Positions 19,584-29,055 of a DNA stretch of 64,000 nucleotides are shown in pieces (position 1 is the stretch's first letter; every line of letters begins with the position of its first letter). Origin of the DNA: Pseudomonadota bacterium (GTDB lineage Bacteria; Myxococcota_A; Polyangia; GCA-2747355); the NCBI GenBank assembly GCA_016711215.1, contig JADJTL010000001.1, forward strand, positions 1,144,067 through 1,208,066. Reading direction: 5' to 3'. The position numbers and the translations under genes were made by a program. Below the pieces are notes generated by a model, which was not told the origin of the DNA, searched no databases, and was given only the letters and a program-made list of their open reading frames with translations.

Positions 19584-21833
19584 GTGGAACTCGTCGTCAC
19601 CGGCCCCATCAAGCTCGAAGCCGTGCTCGCAGCCGAGCTGCGCGCCTTCGGCGCGAGCAGCGTCCGCGAGCTCGAGGGCGCAGTGGCGGCGACGGGTGGG
19701 CTCGAGCTGGCCTACCGCGCCTGTCTCTGGTCACGCGTGGCCAGCCGCGTGCTCGTGCCCGTGGCGCGCTATCGCGCCGAGAACGCCGAGGCGATCTATC
19801 AGGGCGCGCGGCGGGTGCCGTGGGTCGAGCACCTCTCGGTCGACGCCACGCTCGCGCTCGATGTCGACGGCAATACCGCCACGAACGTCGATAACACGCG
19901 CTTCGCGATGCTGCGGGTCAAGGACGCGATCGTCGACGAGCTGCGCCAGCGCACGGGGCGACGTCCGACGATCGATGCGCGCGACGCTGCCCTGCGGGTT
20001 CACGTCTACCTGCGCGGCGACGAGGTCCAGCTCGGCATCGACCTGGCGGGGCGAGGGCTGCACCGGCGCGGCTATCGGGAGTCCGTCGCTGCACCGCTGA
20101 AGGAGAACGTCGCTGCGGCGCTCTTGCTCTTGGCCGAGTGGCCGGCGCTGGCAGCCGAGGGCGGCTGGCTGGTCGATCCGATGACGGGGTCGGCGACGCT
20201 GCCGATCGAGGCGGCGCTGATGGCCTGCGATGTGGCACCGGGGCTGCTCAGTCAGCCGCGGGGCTTCCTCGCCTGGCGTGGCCACGACCCTGCCCTCTGG
20301 CAGCGCCTGCAGCGCGAAGCGCGGGGGCGCGACCTGCGCGAGCGCCTGCGCGGCGATGGACGCGGGCGGCGTTGGAGATTGACGGGCCTCGACCGCGATC
20401 CCGGCGCGCTGCGCGCCGCACGCCGCGCTGTCGAGAGCGCTGGCCTGCAGCAGCTGGTGCACCTCGAGCGACGGGGGGTCGATGAACTCGCGACCTGGCC
20501 GGCAGGGGAGGCGAGCGGTCGCGCGACGCTGCTGGTCTGCAACCCGCCCTATGGGGAGCGACTGGGTGAGGCGGCGGCGCTCAAGGGACTCTACCTGGCC
20601 TTCAGTCGGCTCTTGCACCAACGCTTCTCCGGCGCCACCGCCTGGGTCCTGAGCAGTGATGCCAAGCTCACACGCTGCCTCGGGCTGAAGGCGACGCGCA
20701 GCCAACCGGTGAGCAACGGCGGAATTGCCTGCCGTTGGCTGTGCTACCCGATCGCCCGGTCGCCTGCGCCTGCCGCGACACTCGCGCCCTCGGCGCTGTC
20801 CGCGCCAGCGGAGACGCCGACGCCCGCCGACGCGCCTGCGCCGCGCGCCCTGGGGGAAGCGGGCGGACCGACCTTGCTGCGCCTGGCGCATAGCGCCCAG
20901 GCGGAGGCCTTCGCCAACCGCTTGCGCAAGATGGCACGCCACTGGCGGCGCTGGGCGAAGCGCAGCGGGGTGCAATGCTATCGCGTCTACGACGCCGACA
21001 TCCCCGAGTATGCAGCGGTCATCGACGTCTACGAGCAGTGGGTGCATCTGCAGGAGTACGCACCGCCGGCGACGGTCTCGCCGGAGCGAGCCGAGGAGCG
21101 GCTGCACGACATGGCGCTGCTGACGGCGGAGGTGCTGCAAGTCGGCGCCCAGGATCTCTTCGTCAAGGTGCGGGAGCGCCAGCGTGGGGGCGGTCAGTAC
21201 ACGCGACTGGCGCGCAGTGGAGCGTTCCACGTCGTGCGCGAGGGCGGCCACAGATTCTGGGTCAACCTGGCCGATCGGCTCGACACGGGGCTCTTCCTCG
21301 ATCAGCGGCAGGTGCGCGCGTTGGTTGCGCAGGAGAGCGCCGGCAAGCGCGTGCTCAACGCCTTCTGCTACACGGCGGCGACGACGGTCTATGCGGCCAA
21401 GGGCGGCGCAGTGGAGTCCGTGTCGGTCGACCTCTCAGCGACCTATCTCGATTGGGCCCGACGCAACTTCGTGCTCAATGGCGTCGACGAGGGGCGGCAT
21501 CGCCTCGAGCGCGCTGACTGTCGCGAGTGGCTGGCACACGATCGTCAGCGCTACGATCTGATCTACCTCGACCCACCGACCTTCTCGCGCTCGAAACGGA
21601 TGAGCGGGGATTTCGATGTTCAGCGCGACCAGCTGCCGCTGATCGCCGCGGCGCGTGCCCGGCTGGCGCCGGGTGACGTGCTGATCTTCGCGACCAACGC
21701 GCGTCGCTTCCGCCTGGAACCCGAGGCCGTCGCCGGCGCCGATTGTCGCGAGCTCACGGCCGCCACGCTGCCGCCTGACTTCGCGCGCAGCCCGCGACTG
21801 CGCCAGGTGTGGCGCATCGGACCGGCCCGCTGA
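19584..21833 (+). CDS. rlmL: Bifunctional 23S rRNA (guanine2445-N2/guanine2069-N7) methyltransferase RlmKL (THUMP + two methyltransferase domains)
   Basis: ORF track 749 aa; LLVCNPPYGERLG motif; C-terminal second MTase domain (YLDPPTFSRSKRM). Confidence 0.8.
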   Translation: MELVVTGPIKLEAVLAAELRAFGASSVRELEGAVAATGGLELAYRACLWSRVASRVLVPVARYRAENAEAIYQGARRVPWVEHLSVDATLALDVDGNTATNVDNTRFAMLRVKDAIVDELRQRTGRRPTIDARDAALRVHVYLRGDEVQLGIDLAGRGLHRRGYRESVAAPLKENVAAALLLLAEWPALAAEGGWLVDPMTGSATLPIEAALMACDVAPGLLSQPRGFLAWRGHDPALWQRLQREARGRDLRERLRGDGRGRRWRLTGLDRDPGALRAARRAVESAGLQQLVHLERRGVDELATWPAGEASGRATLLVCNPPYGERLGEAAALKGLYLAFSRLLHQRFSGATAWVLSSDAKLTRCLGLKATRSQPVSNGGIACRWLCYPIARSPAPAATLAPSALSAPAETPTPADAPAPRALGEAGGPTLLRLAHSAQAEAFANRLRKMARHWRRWAKRSGVQCYRVYDADIPEYAAVIDVYEQWVHLQEYAPPATVSPERAEERLHDMALLTAEVLQVGAQDLFVKVRERQRGGGQYTRLARSGAFHVVREGGHRFWVNLADRLDTGLFLDQRQVRALVAQESAGKRVLNAFCYTAATTVYAAKGGAVESVSVDLSATYLDWARRNFVLNGVDEGRHRLERADCREWLAHDRQRYDLIYLDPPTFSRSKRMSGDFDVQRDQLPLIAAARARLAPGDVLIFATNARRFRLEPEAVAGADCRELTAATLPPDFARSPRLRQVWRIGPAR

Positions 21834-21866
21834 GCGCCGCGCGCGGGACGCGATCGGGGCGCTTCG

Positions 21867-22787
21867 TCAGCGGGATGGCGGGTCGCCTGGCAGCGCGCGC
21901 TCGCCGAGCAAGGCCCCGTAGCCCTCGCGAAAGGTCGGATAGCGGAGCGCGTAGCCTGAGGCGAGCAGTCGGCGATTGCTGCAGCGCTTGTTTTGGCCGC
22001 TGCTATGGGCCGTCTCCGAGGGGGTCGCTTCGCTCGTCGGTGGCGATGCAACGCCGAGCTGCTTTGCGATCCACGCCAGCACCTCATTCTGCGGTGCTGG
22101 GTCGCTGTCCGTGCCGAGATAGAGCGGCTGTGGGTCGGCGAGCGTCAGCAGATGCGCGAGCAAGCCCGCGCAGTCATCGCGGTGAATCCGGTTGGTGAAG
22201 CTCGGTGGGCCCCCGTGAAGGCGCGCGGCGCCGCTGCGGACCTGATCGACCAGCCGCGTGCGTCCCGGGCCGTAAATGCCAGTCAGTCGCACGGTCGTGC
22301 CCGGGAAGGACGCGTTGGCCAGCAAGGTCTCGCCGGCCAGCAGGTGCCGGCTGGCTGCTCGCGCGGGCTCGGCGGGGCTCTCCTCGTCGACCCACTCGCC
22401 CTCGTGCTGCCCGTAGACGCTGGTGCTCGAGACGAAGATCACGCGCCGTGGGCGCTGGCGTTGGGCTCGCAGCGCGTCGAGCAGATGCGCCAAGCCGTCG
22501 CGGTAGGTCGCCGCGTAGGCAGCGTCGTCGCCGCGATCCGCCGCGGCGGCGTAGACCACCGCGTCGAGGGCGGGCGGCAGCGCGCCCAGGGTGCTGGGTC
22601 GCGCGAGGTCGGCCTGCAGAGGTTGGATACCCGCGGGTAGGGCGGCGGGCTGGCGGCGCAGGCCCCAGACCTGATGGCCCGCGGCGGCGAGGCGGCAGCC
22701 GAGCTCGGTGCCGACATAGCCGCAGCCAGCGATCAGCACCCGCCAGCAGGCGCTTGGGCTGTAGCGTGTGCCGGTCTCAGGCATGGG
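21867..22787 (-). CDS. NAD-dependent epimerase/dehydratase family protein (SDR)
   Basis: Rossmann motif VLIAGCGYVGTELGCRL; tracked ORF N-terminally over-extended into the upstream gene. Confidence 0.7.
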   Translation of the reverse strand, partial: PMPETGTRYSPSACWRVLIAGCGYVGTELGCRLAAAGHQVWGLRRQPAALPAGIQPLQADLARPSTLGALPPALDAVVYAAAADRGDDAAYAATYRDGLAHLLDALRAQRQRPRRVIFVSSTSVYGQHEGEWVDEESPAEPARAASRHLLAGETLLANASFPGTTVRLTGIYGPGRTRLVDQVRSGAARLHGGPPSFTNRIHRDDCAGLLAHLLTLADPQPLYLGTDSDPAPQNEVLAWIAKQLGVASPPTSEATPSETAHSSGQNKRCSNRRLLASGYALRYPTFREGYGALLGERALPGDPPSR

Positions 22788-23322
22788 ATTGGCCGTCGCT
22801 GGGGTCGAGCTCGATCTGCAAGGCCAGCTCCTCGCCGAGGCGCTCGAGCTGCACCGCGAGCGTCTCCACCGCCGCGTCCGCGGGCAGCTCCACCTCGGCA
22901 TCCAGGTTGAAGACCGGCGTCCCGCTGAAGGCCGCATGGGTGAGGCGCGACTCGAGCGAGGCGATGTTGGCGCCATGCCCGGCGATGAGATCGCCGATGC
23001 GGTGGACGATGCCGGGCTGGTCCGCGCCGGCCAGCCGCACGCGATAGCGGCGTCGCGGGAGGGCGGTCGCTACGGCCCGCGTATCCTTGAGGGCGATGCG
23101 GAACTCGAGCTTCTCGGCCAGCGCTGCGGTGGCCTGCTCGGCTCGCAGGACAGCCTCGGCGGCGCCGCTGAAGAGCAGGATCAAGGCGAACTCCCCCGCC
23201 AAGACCGCCATGCGGCTGTCCTCGAGGTTGCAGCCGGCGGCGTGGATCGCGCCGGAGAAGGCCTTGACGATGCCCGGGCGGTCGGAGCCCACGGCGGTGA
23301 GGACGACGTGACGCTGGTTCAT
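22777..23322 (-). CDS. ACT-domain protein (GcvR-like, two ACT domains)
   Basis: Two repeats of a DRPGIV / DQPGIVHRI-type ACT motif; start placed at internal Met MNQRHVV. Confidence 0.65.
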   Translation of the reverse strand: MNQRHVVLTAVGSDRPGIVKAFSGAIHAAGCNLEDSRMAVLAGEFALILLFSGAAEAVLRAEQATAALAEKLEFRIALKDTRAVATALPRRRYRVRLAGADQPGIVHRIGDLIAGHGANIASLESRLTHAAFSGTPVFNLDAEVELPADAAVETLAVQLERLGEELALQIELDPSDGQSHA

Positions 23323-23506
23323 CTCTTGCCTCGCGCCGCCACTCTGCCAAATTCCACGGCTGCTGGCGAGCCGGGGAGGGCGGTGCGGGCGAGCGCGGCC
23401 GCTCACGCGCACTGGCTCGCCTGCGGCGGCTTGGTGTAAGCAAGGGACGAGTCTTGCTGTCGTCTACTGGCGCGTTGCAGGCGCGCTCGGCGCGCGCGAG
23501 GAGCGG

Positions 23507-24148
23507 GTGAGGGACATGGTTGGGAGTGAGCGGCGGCCGATGGTGATCGCGATCGCGGGTGGCACCGGTTCGGGCAAGACGACGGTAGCCCGCGAGCTGG
23601 CGGCGGCCTTGCCGGCAGGGAGCGCGGTGATCCTGGATCACGATGCGTACTATCGCGATCAGCGGACGCTGCCCCTGGCCGAGCGCGCCCAGCTCAACTT
23701 CGATCATCCCGATGCGCTGGAGACAGAGCTCCTGGTGACCCACGTCGAGACGCTGCGGCAGCGTCAGCCGGCGGAGCTGCCGGTCTACGACTTCAAGACC
23801 CATCGCCGGCGCGCGGAGACGCGCCGCGTCGAACCGGCGGCCGTGGTGATCGTCGAGGGCATCCTCGTGCTGGCGCACGAAGCGCTCCGCGCCCTCTGCG
23901 ACCTCAAGGTCTTCGTCGACACCGATGCCGACCTCCGCGTGATGCGGCGCGTGCGGCGCGACATGGAGGAGCGCGGGCGCAGCTTCGCGAGCATTCGCGA
24001 GCAGTACTATGGCACCGTGCGCCCGATGCATTTGCAGTTCGTCGAGCCCTCCAAGCGCTGGGCGGATCTGATCATTCCCGAGGGCGGTCGCAACGCCGTC
24101 GCGCTCGACACGATCGTCGGCAAGCTGCTACATGTCCTCGGCGGATGA
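23507..24148 (+). CDS. udk: Uridine kinase
   Basis: P-loop IAGGTGSGKTT; length and overall pattern of uridine/cytidine kinase. Confidence 0.8.
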   Translation: MRDMVGSERRPMVIAIAGGTGSGKTTVARELAAALPAGSAVILDHDAYYRDQRTLPLAERAQLNFDHPDALETELLVTHVETLRQRQPAELPVYDFKTHRRRAETRRVEPAAVVIVEGILVLAHEALRALCDLKVFVDTDADLRVMRRVRRDMEERGRSFASIREQYYGTVRPMHLQFVEPSKRWADLIIPEGGRNAVALDTIVGKLLHVLGG

Positions 24149-24158
24149 GCCCCCCGCG

Positions 24159-24178
24159 CGCTGGCCTCGGCGCCAGCG
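24159..24178 (+). terminator. Possible terminator hairpin after udk (CGCTGGC-ctcggc-GCCAGCG)
   Basis: 7-bp stem seen in sequence about 11 nt after the stop; no U-tract. Confidence 0.25.
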
Positions 24179-24193
24179 GCGGCGAGGGATGAT

Positions 24194-24266
24194 GCGAGCG
24201 CGATGGATGCCAGCGAGCGCGATGGATGCCAGCGAGCGCGATGGATGCCAGCGAGCGCGATGGATG
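24194..24266. repeat. Tandem repeat, 19-bp unit GCGAGCGCGATGGATGCCA, about 3.8 copies, immediately upstream of tRNA-Val
   Basis: Direct reading of the sequence. Confidence 0.85.
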
Positions 24267-24286
24267 ATGCGGCAGAGCAGCAGTAG

Positions 24287-24361
24287 GGGCGGTTAGCTCA
24301 GCGGTAGAGCGCCTGGTTTACACCCAGGTGGTCGGGGGTTCGAACCCCTCACCGCCCACCA
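24287..24361 (+). tRNA. tRNA-Val (anticodon TAC)
   Basis: GGGCGGTTAGCTCAGCGGTAGAGCGCCTGGTTTACACCCAGGTGGTCGGGGGTTCGAACCCCTCACCGCCCACCA; acceptor GGGCGGT/ACCGCCC; anticodon loop TTTACAC. Confidence 0.85.
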
Positions 24362-24450
24362 GCAGCGGTGCCCCAGCAGTGGTGCCGCCAGTGGCGGCGC
24401 AGCGGCGCGCGCTGCGCGGACGCGCGTGTCCTGCCGCCAACGGTGTCCTG

Positions 24451-25092
24451 CTAGGAACCGAAGGCAAAGCGCAAATAGCCCAGCGCCTGGAAATCCCAGC
24501 CGGCCGAGTTCAGGTCGGTCTCGGTCGGATCGTCGTCTGCCCCGCCGAAGAAGTAGTGGTAGCCGAGCTGCGGCGTCACGCCGAGCGAGAGGACGCGCCA
24601 GAAAGAATAGCGTAGACCGATCCCGCCGCGTCCCCCCACGCCGCGCGTATTGACGCGTTGGCTGTCGACCAGCTTGCCGTCGAAATCGTGCGTCTGGGCC
24701 TCGAGCGAGCCGAGATAGAAGGTGCCGACCAGGCGCATCACGACGCTGAGCCCGTGGCCGATATCGATCGAGCCATCACCGCCGAGGTTGAGCCCGATCA
24801 GATGCGCGTCGGCATCGCCGTCGAAGAAGCGCAGGTAGTCGAGATAGGCGCTGATGAAGAGCAGTCGCGCACCGACCTCGAAGCCTCCGGCCGGGCCTCC
24901 GGCCCAGCGGTAGAAGTCGCGGCCGGTCTTCCCATTGCCAGTGGCGGCGCCGACGAGGCCCGAGCCCCAGAACTCGAGCACGCGCGCCCCCGCGACGCTG
25001 GGTGCGATCAAGAGCATGCCCGCGAGGAGCGCGGCGCAGGCCGTCCGCGAGCGGCGATCGAGGCAAGCAGTGCTGCACGGGCGGTGTTTCAT
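24451..25092 (-). CDS. Putative outer-membrane beta-barrel protein
   Basis: ORF track 213 aa; signal peptide; alternating hydrophobic/aromatic pattern with Gly-rich turns; assignment by pattern only. Confidence 0.4.
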   Translation of the reverse strand: MKHRPCSTACLDRRSRTACAALLAGMLLIAPSVAGARVLEFWGSGLVGAATGNGKTGRDFYRWAGGPAGGFEVGARLLFISAYLDYLRFFDGDADAHLIGLNLGGDGSIDIGHGLSVVMRLVGTFYLGSLEAQTHDFDGKLVDSQRVNTRGVGGRGGIGLRYSFWRVLSLGVTPQLGYHYFFGGADDDPTETDLNSAGWDFQALGYLRFAFGS

Positions 25093-25832
25093 GTCAGTCG
25101 ACCTCCAAGCAAAGCCGTGATCCGCGCCGCGTCGAACCCCTCGATCAGGGTGCCACCGACGTCGAGCACGGGCACGCCCGACGGCGAGATGCCTTGGCGC
25201 TGGGCCTTGGTCATCAGCTCAGCGCTGGCCGCGGGGTCGCGCTCGATGTCACGTTCGACAAAAGCCACGCCATGCGCCGTCAGCCAGGCGCGAGCCGCGC
25301 GGCAGGCGGGGCACCACGAGGTCGCGTAGAGCACGACGCGAGGCTTGCTCGGAGGCTTGCCCGGCGCCGGCGTGCCCGTGGCCGCGCTGCCGGTCGTCGG
25401 CGTGCCCGTGGCCTCGGCGCCGCCGAGCGCCCGCCGCGGCGCGAGCTGCTCGAAGGTCGCCCGTGGCAGCACGACATAGGGATAGCTGGCGTCGGCTCGC
25501 GCGGCGCGAAGATCGGCGACGTAGACGAGTTGATGGTCCTGGCGCTGACCTGGGCGCAGCGCCAGATCGACGACGCGGACCCAGTCTCGGCTGGCCACGG
25601 GAACGTCGGCCAGCCGGGTCGTCGACGCGAAGGCACCCTGCGCCGCGGCGAAATAGGTGAACAGCAGCTTGCGATCGGCCTTGATTGCCAAGCGCGGCAG
25701 GGATGAGGCCTGCGGCGCCGTGGCTGGGGCGGGCGGGGTTGGCTCCCGGCAGCCGACCAGCGCCGCGAGCATGCTCAGGGCTAGGGGCAGCCCGAAGCCG
25801 ACCTGTCGGTGGGCCGTGAGGGCGATAGGCAT
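25089..25832 (-). CDS. Lipoprotein with C-terminal glutaredoxin-like domain
   Basis: Lipobox LVGC; VVLYATSWCPACRAARAWL ... GVPVLDVGGTLIEGFD resembles Grx/NrdH fold. Confidence 0.65.
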   Translation of the reverse strand: MPIALTAHRQVGFGLPLALSMLAALVGCREPTPPAPATAPQASSLPRLAIKADRKLLFTYFAAAQGAFASTTRLADVPVASRDWVRVVDLALRPGQRQDHQLVYVADLRAARADASYPYVVLPRATFEQLAPRRALGGAEATGTPTTGSAATGTPAPGKPPSKPRVVLYATSWCPACRAARAWLTAHGVAFVERDIERDPAASAELMTKAQRQGISPSGVPVLDVGGTLIEGFDAARITALLGGRLT

Positions 25833-25859
25833 AGCGGCGAGCTTATAGCACCGGCGACC

Positions 25860-27086
25860 TCAGCGCACCTGCCGTAGCAGCGCCAGCAGGCGGCTGGGAT
25901 CGAGTCCCTCGCCGCCGCGCGCCGCCTCGTGGCCGTCGCTGCCGAGCAGGACGAGCTGCGGCAGCTCGTGGGCGCGGTACTTGGCTTGCAGCGCGCGGTC
26001 GAGGGCGGTGTCGCGTGAGACGTCGACCTTCAGCAGCACGAAGCGGCTGAGCGCGCGTCGCACGGCCGGATGCGTGAGTACGCGGCTCTCCAGCAGCCGG
26101 CAGGGGCGACACCACGAGGCCGAGAAGTCGATCAATATCGGTCGCCGGCGGCGCGTGGCCTGCGTCAGCGCGGCGCTCTCGTCGTGCAACCAGGGCAGCT
26201 TGACGGGTGGTGTCAGCACGAAGTTCAAGAGGCCCAGCAGCGCCAGACTCGCCAGCAGGATGCCGGTGGTCTTGCGCACCACGCGCCAGAGCGGCGCCGC
26301 GCGGAACTCGCGCTGGAGCTGGGCCAGGAGCAGGCCGCCCAGAGCGAGGGCTGCGTTGAAGGCGGCGAAGTGCCACGCGCTCGAGGTGTAGCGCGCCAGC
26401 GGGGTGACGAGGTCCTGCAGGTAGTAGAGCGCCGTCGTGACCAGGGCCACGCCGAAGATCCCGCTGACGAAACGCATCCAGGGGCCGGCCTTCGGGAGAC
26501 TGACGGCGAAGGTCGCGAGCAACCAGAAGAGCACGCCGATGCCGCTGGCATAGCTGAAGAGCAGACTGGCGCCGAGGGCGACGTTGCGGGTGCTGGCGAC
26601 GTAGGCCAGCAGGCCAGCGAGCACCGGGCCGGTGCAGGGCGCGATGATCACACCGCCGACCAACCCCATGGCGAAGGCGCCACGCTTGCCCCGTCCTCCG
26701 ACCAACGCCATGCGACTCGTCAGCCAGTGCGGCAGGTGGATCTCCCAGAGGCCAAACATCGACGCGGCGAGCGCCAGCAGCAGCGCGCAGAGCGGCAGCA
26801 CCACCCAGGGCGACGCCAGCAGACTGCCGGCCGCCCAGCCGCCGAGGGCAGCCAGCACGCCCATGGTCGTATACATCGCCGCGATGCCCATCACGTAGCA
26901 GGTGGCCAACCAGAAGGCCGCCCGGCGCGTCGGCGCGCGGCGCGCGCCAAAGATGCTGACGGTGATCGGTATCATCGGGTAGACGCAGGGCGTCAGGCTC
27001 GTCGCCACGCCGGCGCCGAAGACGCTGAGCAGCGCCCAGCCGGTGCCCCGCGCCAGGGCTTCTTCGAAGGAACCCATCGGCGCTAC
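25860..27086 (-). CDS. DsbD-like thiol:disulfide interchange protein (CcdA-type membrane domain + C-terminal thioredoxin domain)
   Basis: TPCVYPMIP and APCTGP Cys motifs in the membrane domain; C-terminal WCRPC; internal Met (MGSFEEAL) used as start because the tracked N-terminus is Arg/Ala-rich and overlaps the upstream gene. Confidence 0.75.
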   Translation of the reverse strand, partial: VAPMGSFEEALARGTGWALLSVFGAGVATSLTPCVYPMIPITVSIFGARRAPTRRAAFWLATCYVMGIAAMYTTMGVLAALGGWAAGSLLASPWVVLPLCALLLALAASMFGLWEIHLPHWLTSRMALVGGRGKRGAFAMGLVGGVIIAPCTGPVLAGLLAYVASTRNVALGASLLFSYASGIGVLFWLLATFAVSLPKAGPWMRFVSGIFGVALVTTALYYLQDLVTPLARYTSSAWHFAAFNAALALGGLLLAQLQREFRAAPLWRVVRKTTGILLASLALLGLLNFVLTPPVKLPWLHDESAALTQATRRRRPILIDFSASWCRPCRLLESRVLTHPAVRRALSRFVLLKVDVSRDTALDRALQAKYRAHELPQLVLLGSDGHEAARGGEGLDPSRLLALLRQVR

Positions 27087-28996
27087 TCGCTCGCGCCGGC
27101 CAGGCGGTAGACGGCGACCTGCTTCGGCGCCAGCGCCAGGCGTGTCTGGCCCGCGTGCAGCGCCGGCGCGCCGATGGTCAGCGCGCCGCCGCCGGGGCTG
27201 TCGATCAGCGGCGCGCGCGCCTCCCAGCTCCGATTGAGCACCCACAGCAGGGGAGCTCCGTCCGTGGTTTCCACCTCGCGCAGCTGTACCAACGGGTCGC
27301 TGGAGCGCAGCGTCGGCTGGAGCCCCGCGGCGGCCGCCAGCAGGCCGTAGAGCGCTTCGCTCTGGTCCCGCGCGTTGATGTCGGACTGCTCGGCCAGGTA
27401 GTACTCGAGCGGACAGTGCAGCAGCAGCATTTGGCCTGCGCCGTGGCGCTTTCGCGTCAGCGCCGGCCGACCCCGCTGGTCGTGGGCGAGCACCACCGTG
27501 CCATGGCCGGAGAGCGGCTCGATCGGCAACACGGCCCGCGGATAGGGCCGCGCGCCGACCTTGGTCGCGAGCGCCAGCGCGAGGCCGTCGCCGCGCAGCA
27601 GGAGCTCGTCGTCGGGCAGGTCGAAGCAGCCATAGCGCAGCGCATGGCGACAGCCCGTCAGCTCCTCGAAGTTGCTGCACCAGGCGCCCTGATGGAAATT
27701 GTAGTCGCCGCCGAAGTACGACCAGTAAACCGTGGCGCCAGCGCGCGCCGCTTGGAGCAGGGCGCTCCAGGTCGGACTGAGCAGCTTCTGCGTCGCCGGG
27801 GCGAGCAGTAGCTGGTAGCTCCGGTTGGCCAGCGCCGCTTCGGGCACGAGCTCGACCTCGAAGCCGGCCTTCACGCAGAGCACATAGGCCTGCAGCAGCG
27901 TCCGCCGCATGCGGTCGCGCTCTTCCCAGCTGAAGGGGTAGGTGGTGTTGAAGTAGGAGGGCACGATGATCGCGGCCCGCGGGGTCGGCGGGATCAACGT
28001 CGCGGCGTCCACGGCGCGCAAGAGCGCTGCGACTGCGCGGAGCTCGTCACAGGCGGGCTTTTCGCTGCCGTCGGCGCGCGTGATGCCGAAGGTCAGCTCG
28101 AAGGCGTGGTGGTCGTAGGGCGTCTCGTCGGCAAGGTCGAAGTCGCTGTAGCACCAGCCCAGCGCGCCCGCCGCGCCGACGGAAAGACAGCTATGCACCA
28201 CCTCGCGGTAATAGAGGGCCTGCTCCTGCTCGCCGGCCTGATTGGAGGAGCAGCCGAACTCCTCGAAGAGCACGGGCAGCCCGAGATAGCGCAACGAGCG
28301 CACGCAGAATTCGACATTGAGCGCCTGGCGCAGCGGGTCGCTGTCGCCGTAGTAGCTGTGGGGTCCGACGAAATCGAGCGTCCCGCGCAGGGCGTCGACG
28401 TCGAAGCCATTCTGCCCGCCCTTGAGGTTCATCACGCCGTCGCCGAGGCTGAAGGGCCGCGCCGGATCCGCGCTGCGCAGCGCCCGACGCAGCGTCTCGG
28501 CCCAGGCCACGATCGTCTCCGGGCTGCTCTTGCCGCCCCAGAGCGGCATCTCGTTGCTCGCCAGGTAGGCGGCCACCGCCGGGTGGCCGGCGCCCGCCGT
28601 GCCCAGCGCCCGCATCAGCGCCACCTGCCACTCGATCACCTCGCTGGCGCTGTAGGGAGAGCGCCCGTGTTGCCCGGGGAAGTCGAAGTTCTGACCCGAC
28701 ATGTGCCCCACGAGGGCCGAGGGAATCGTGTGCAGCCCGCTGGCCTGGCAGATATCGAAGAACTGACGCAGGCGCTCGATGGGGGCCTGGGCCAGCACCC
28801 CGGGCTGCGGCATGAAGCTCGGAATGAAGGCGAAGCTGCGGCAAACATTGAGCCCGATCGCTCGCATCTGATCGGTCTCGGCGCGCACGCGCTCGGCGTC
28901 GAAGCGCTCCCACATCCGCGGCCCGCCGGCCCGTGACCAGTAGTTGACGCCAAGCAAGAAGGCCGGTCGGCCGTCGAGCGTGAGCAAATGGGACAT
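27083..28996 (-). CDS. Glycoside hydrolase, GH5-like (beta/alpha)8 domain with ~300-aa C-terminal extension; no obvious signal peptide
   Basis: LLGVNYW, acid/base-like ASNEMP, nucleophile-like VLFEEFG; start at internal Met MSHLLTLDG. Confidence 0.6.
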   Translation of the reverse strand: MSHLLTLDGRPAFLLGVNYWSRAGGPRMWERFDAERVRAETDQMRAIGLNVCRSFAFIPSFMPQPGVLAQAPIERLRQFFDICQASGLHTIPSALVGHMSGQNFDFPGQHGRSPYSASEVIEWQVALMRALGTAGAGHPAVAAYLASNEMPLWGGKSSPETIVAWAETLRRALRSADPARPFSLGDGVMNLKGGQNGFDVDALRGTLDFVGPHSYYGDSDPLRQALNVEFCVRSLRYLGLPVLFEEFGCSSNQAGEQEQALYYREVVHSCLSVGAAGALGWCYSDFDLADETPYDHHAFELTFGITRADGSEKPACDELRAVAALLRAVDAATLIPPTPRAAIIVPSYFNTTYPFSWEERDRMRRTLLQAYVLCVKAGFEVELVPEAALANRSYQLLLAPATQKLLSPTWSALLQAARAGATVYWSYFGGDYNFHQGAWCSNFEELTGCRHALRYGCFDLPDDELLLRGDGLALALATKVGARPYPRAVLPIEPLSGHGTVVLAHDQRGRPALTRKRHGAGQMLLLHCPLEYYLAEQSDINARDQSEALYGLLAAAAGLQPTLRSSDPLVQLREVETTDGAPLLWVLNRSWEARAPLIDSPGGGALTIGAPALHAGQTRLALAPKQVAVYRLAGASE

Positions 28997-29055
28997 AGCG
29001 TCGGCTCCATCAGCGCTGCTAGCGCGACAGCGGCGCGCTCGGGCGCCGAAGGGGT

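Noticed and set aside
19731-21251. 506-aa minus-strand ORF antisense to rlmKL
   Set aside because: No motifs, Arg/Ala/Gln-rich; rlmKL on the plus strand is well supported.
22733-24031. 432-aa minus-strand ORF spanning the ACT-domain gene and udk
   Set aside because: Out of frame with or antisense to two supported genes; low-complexity translation.
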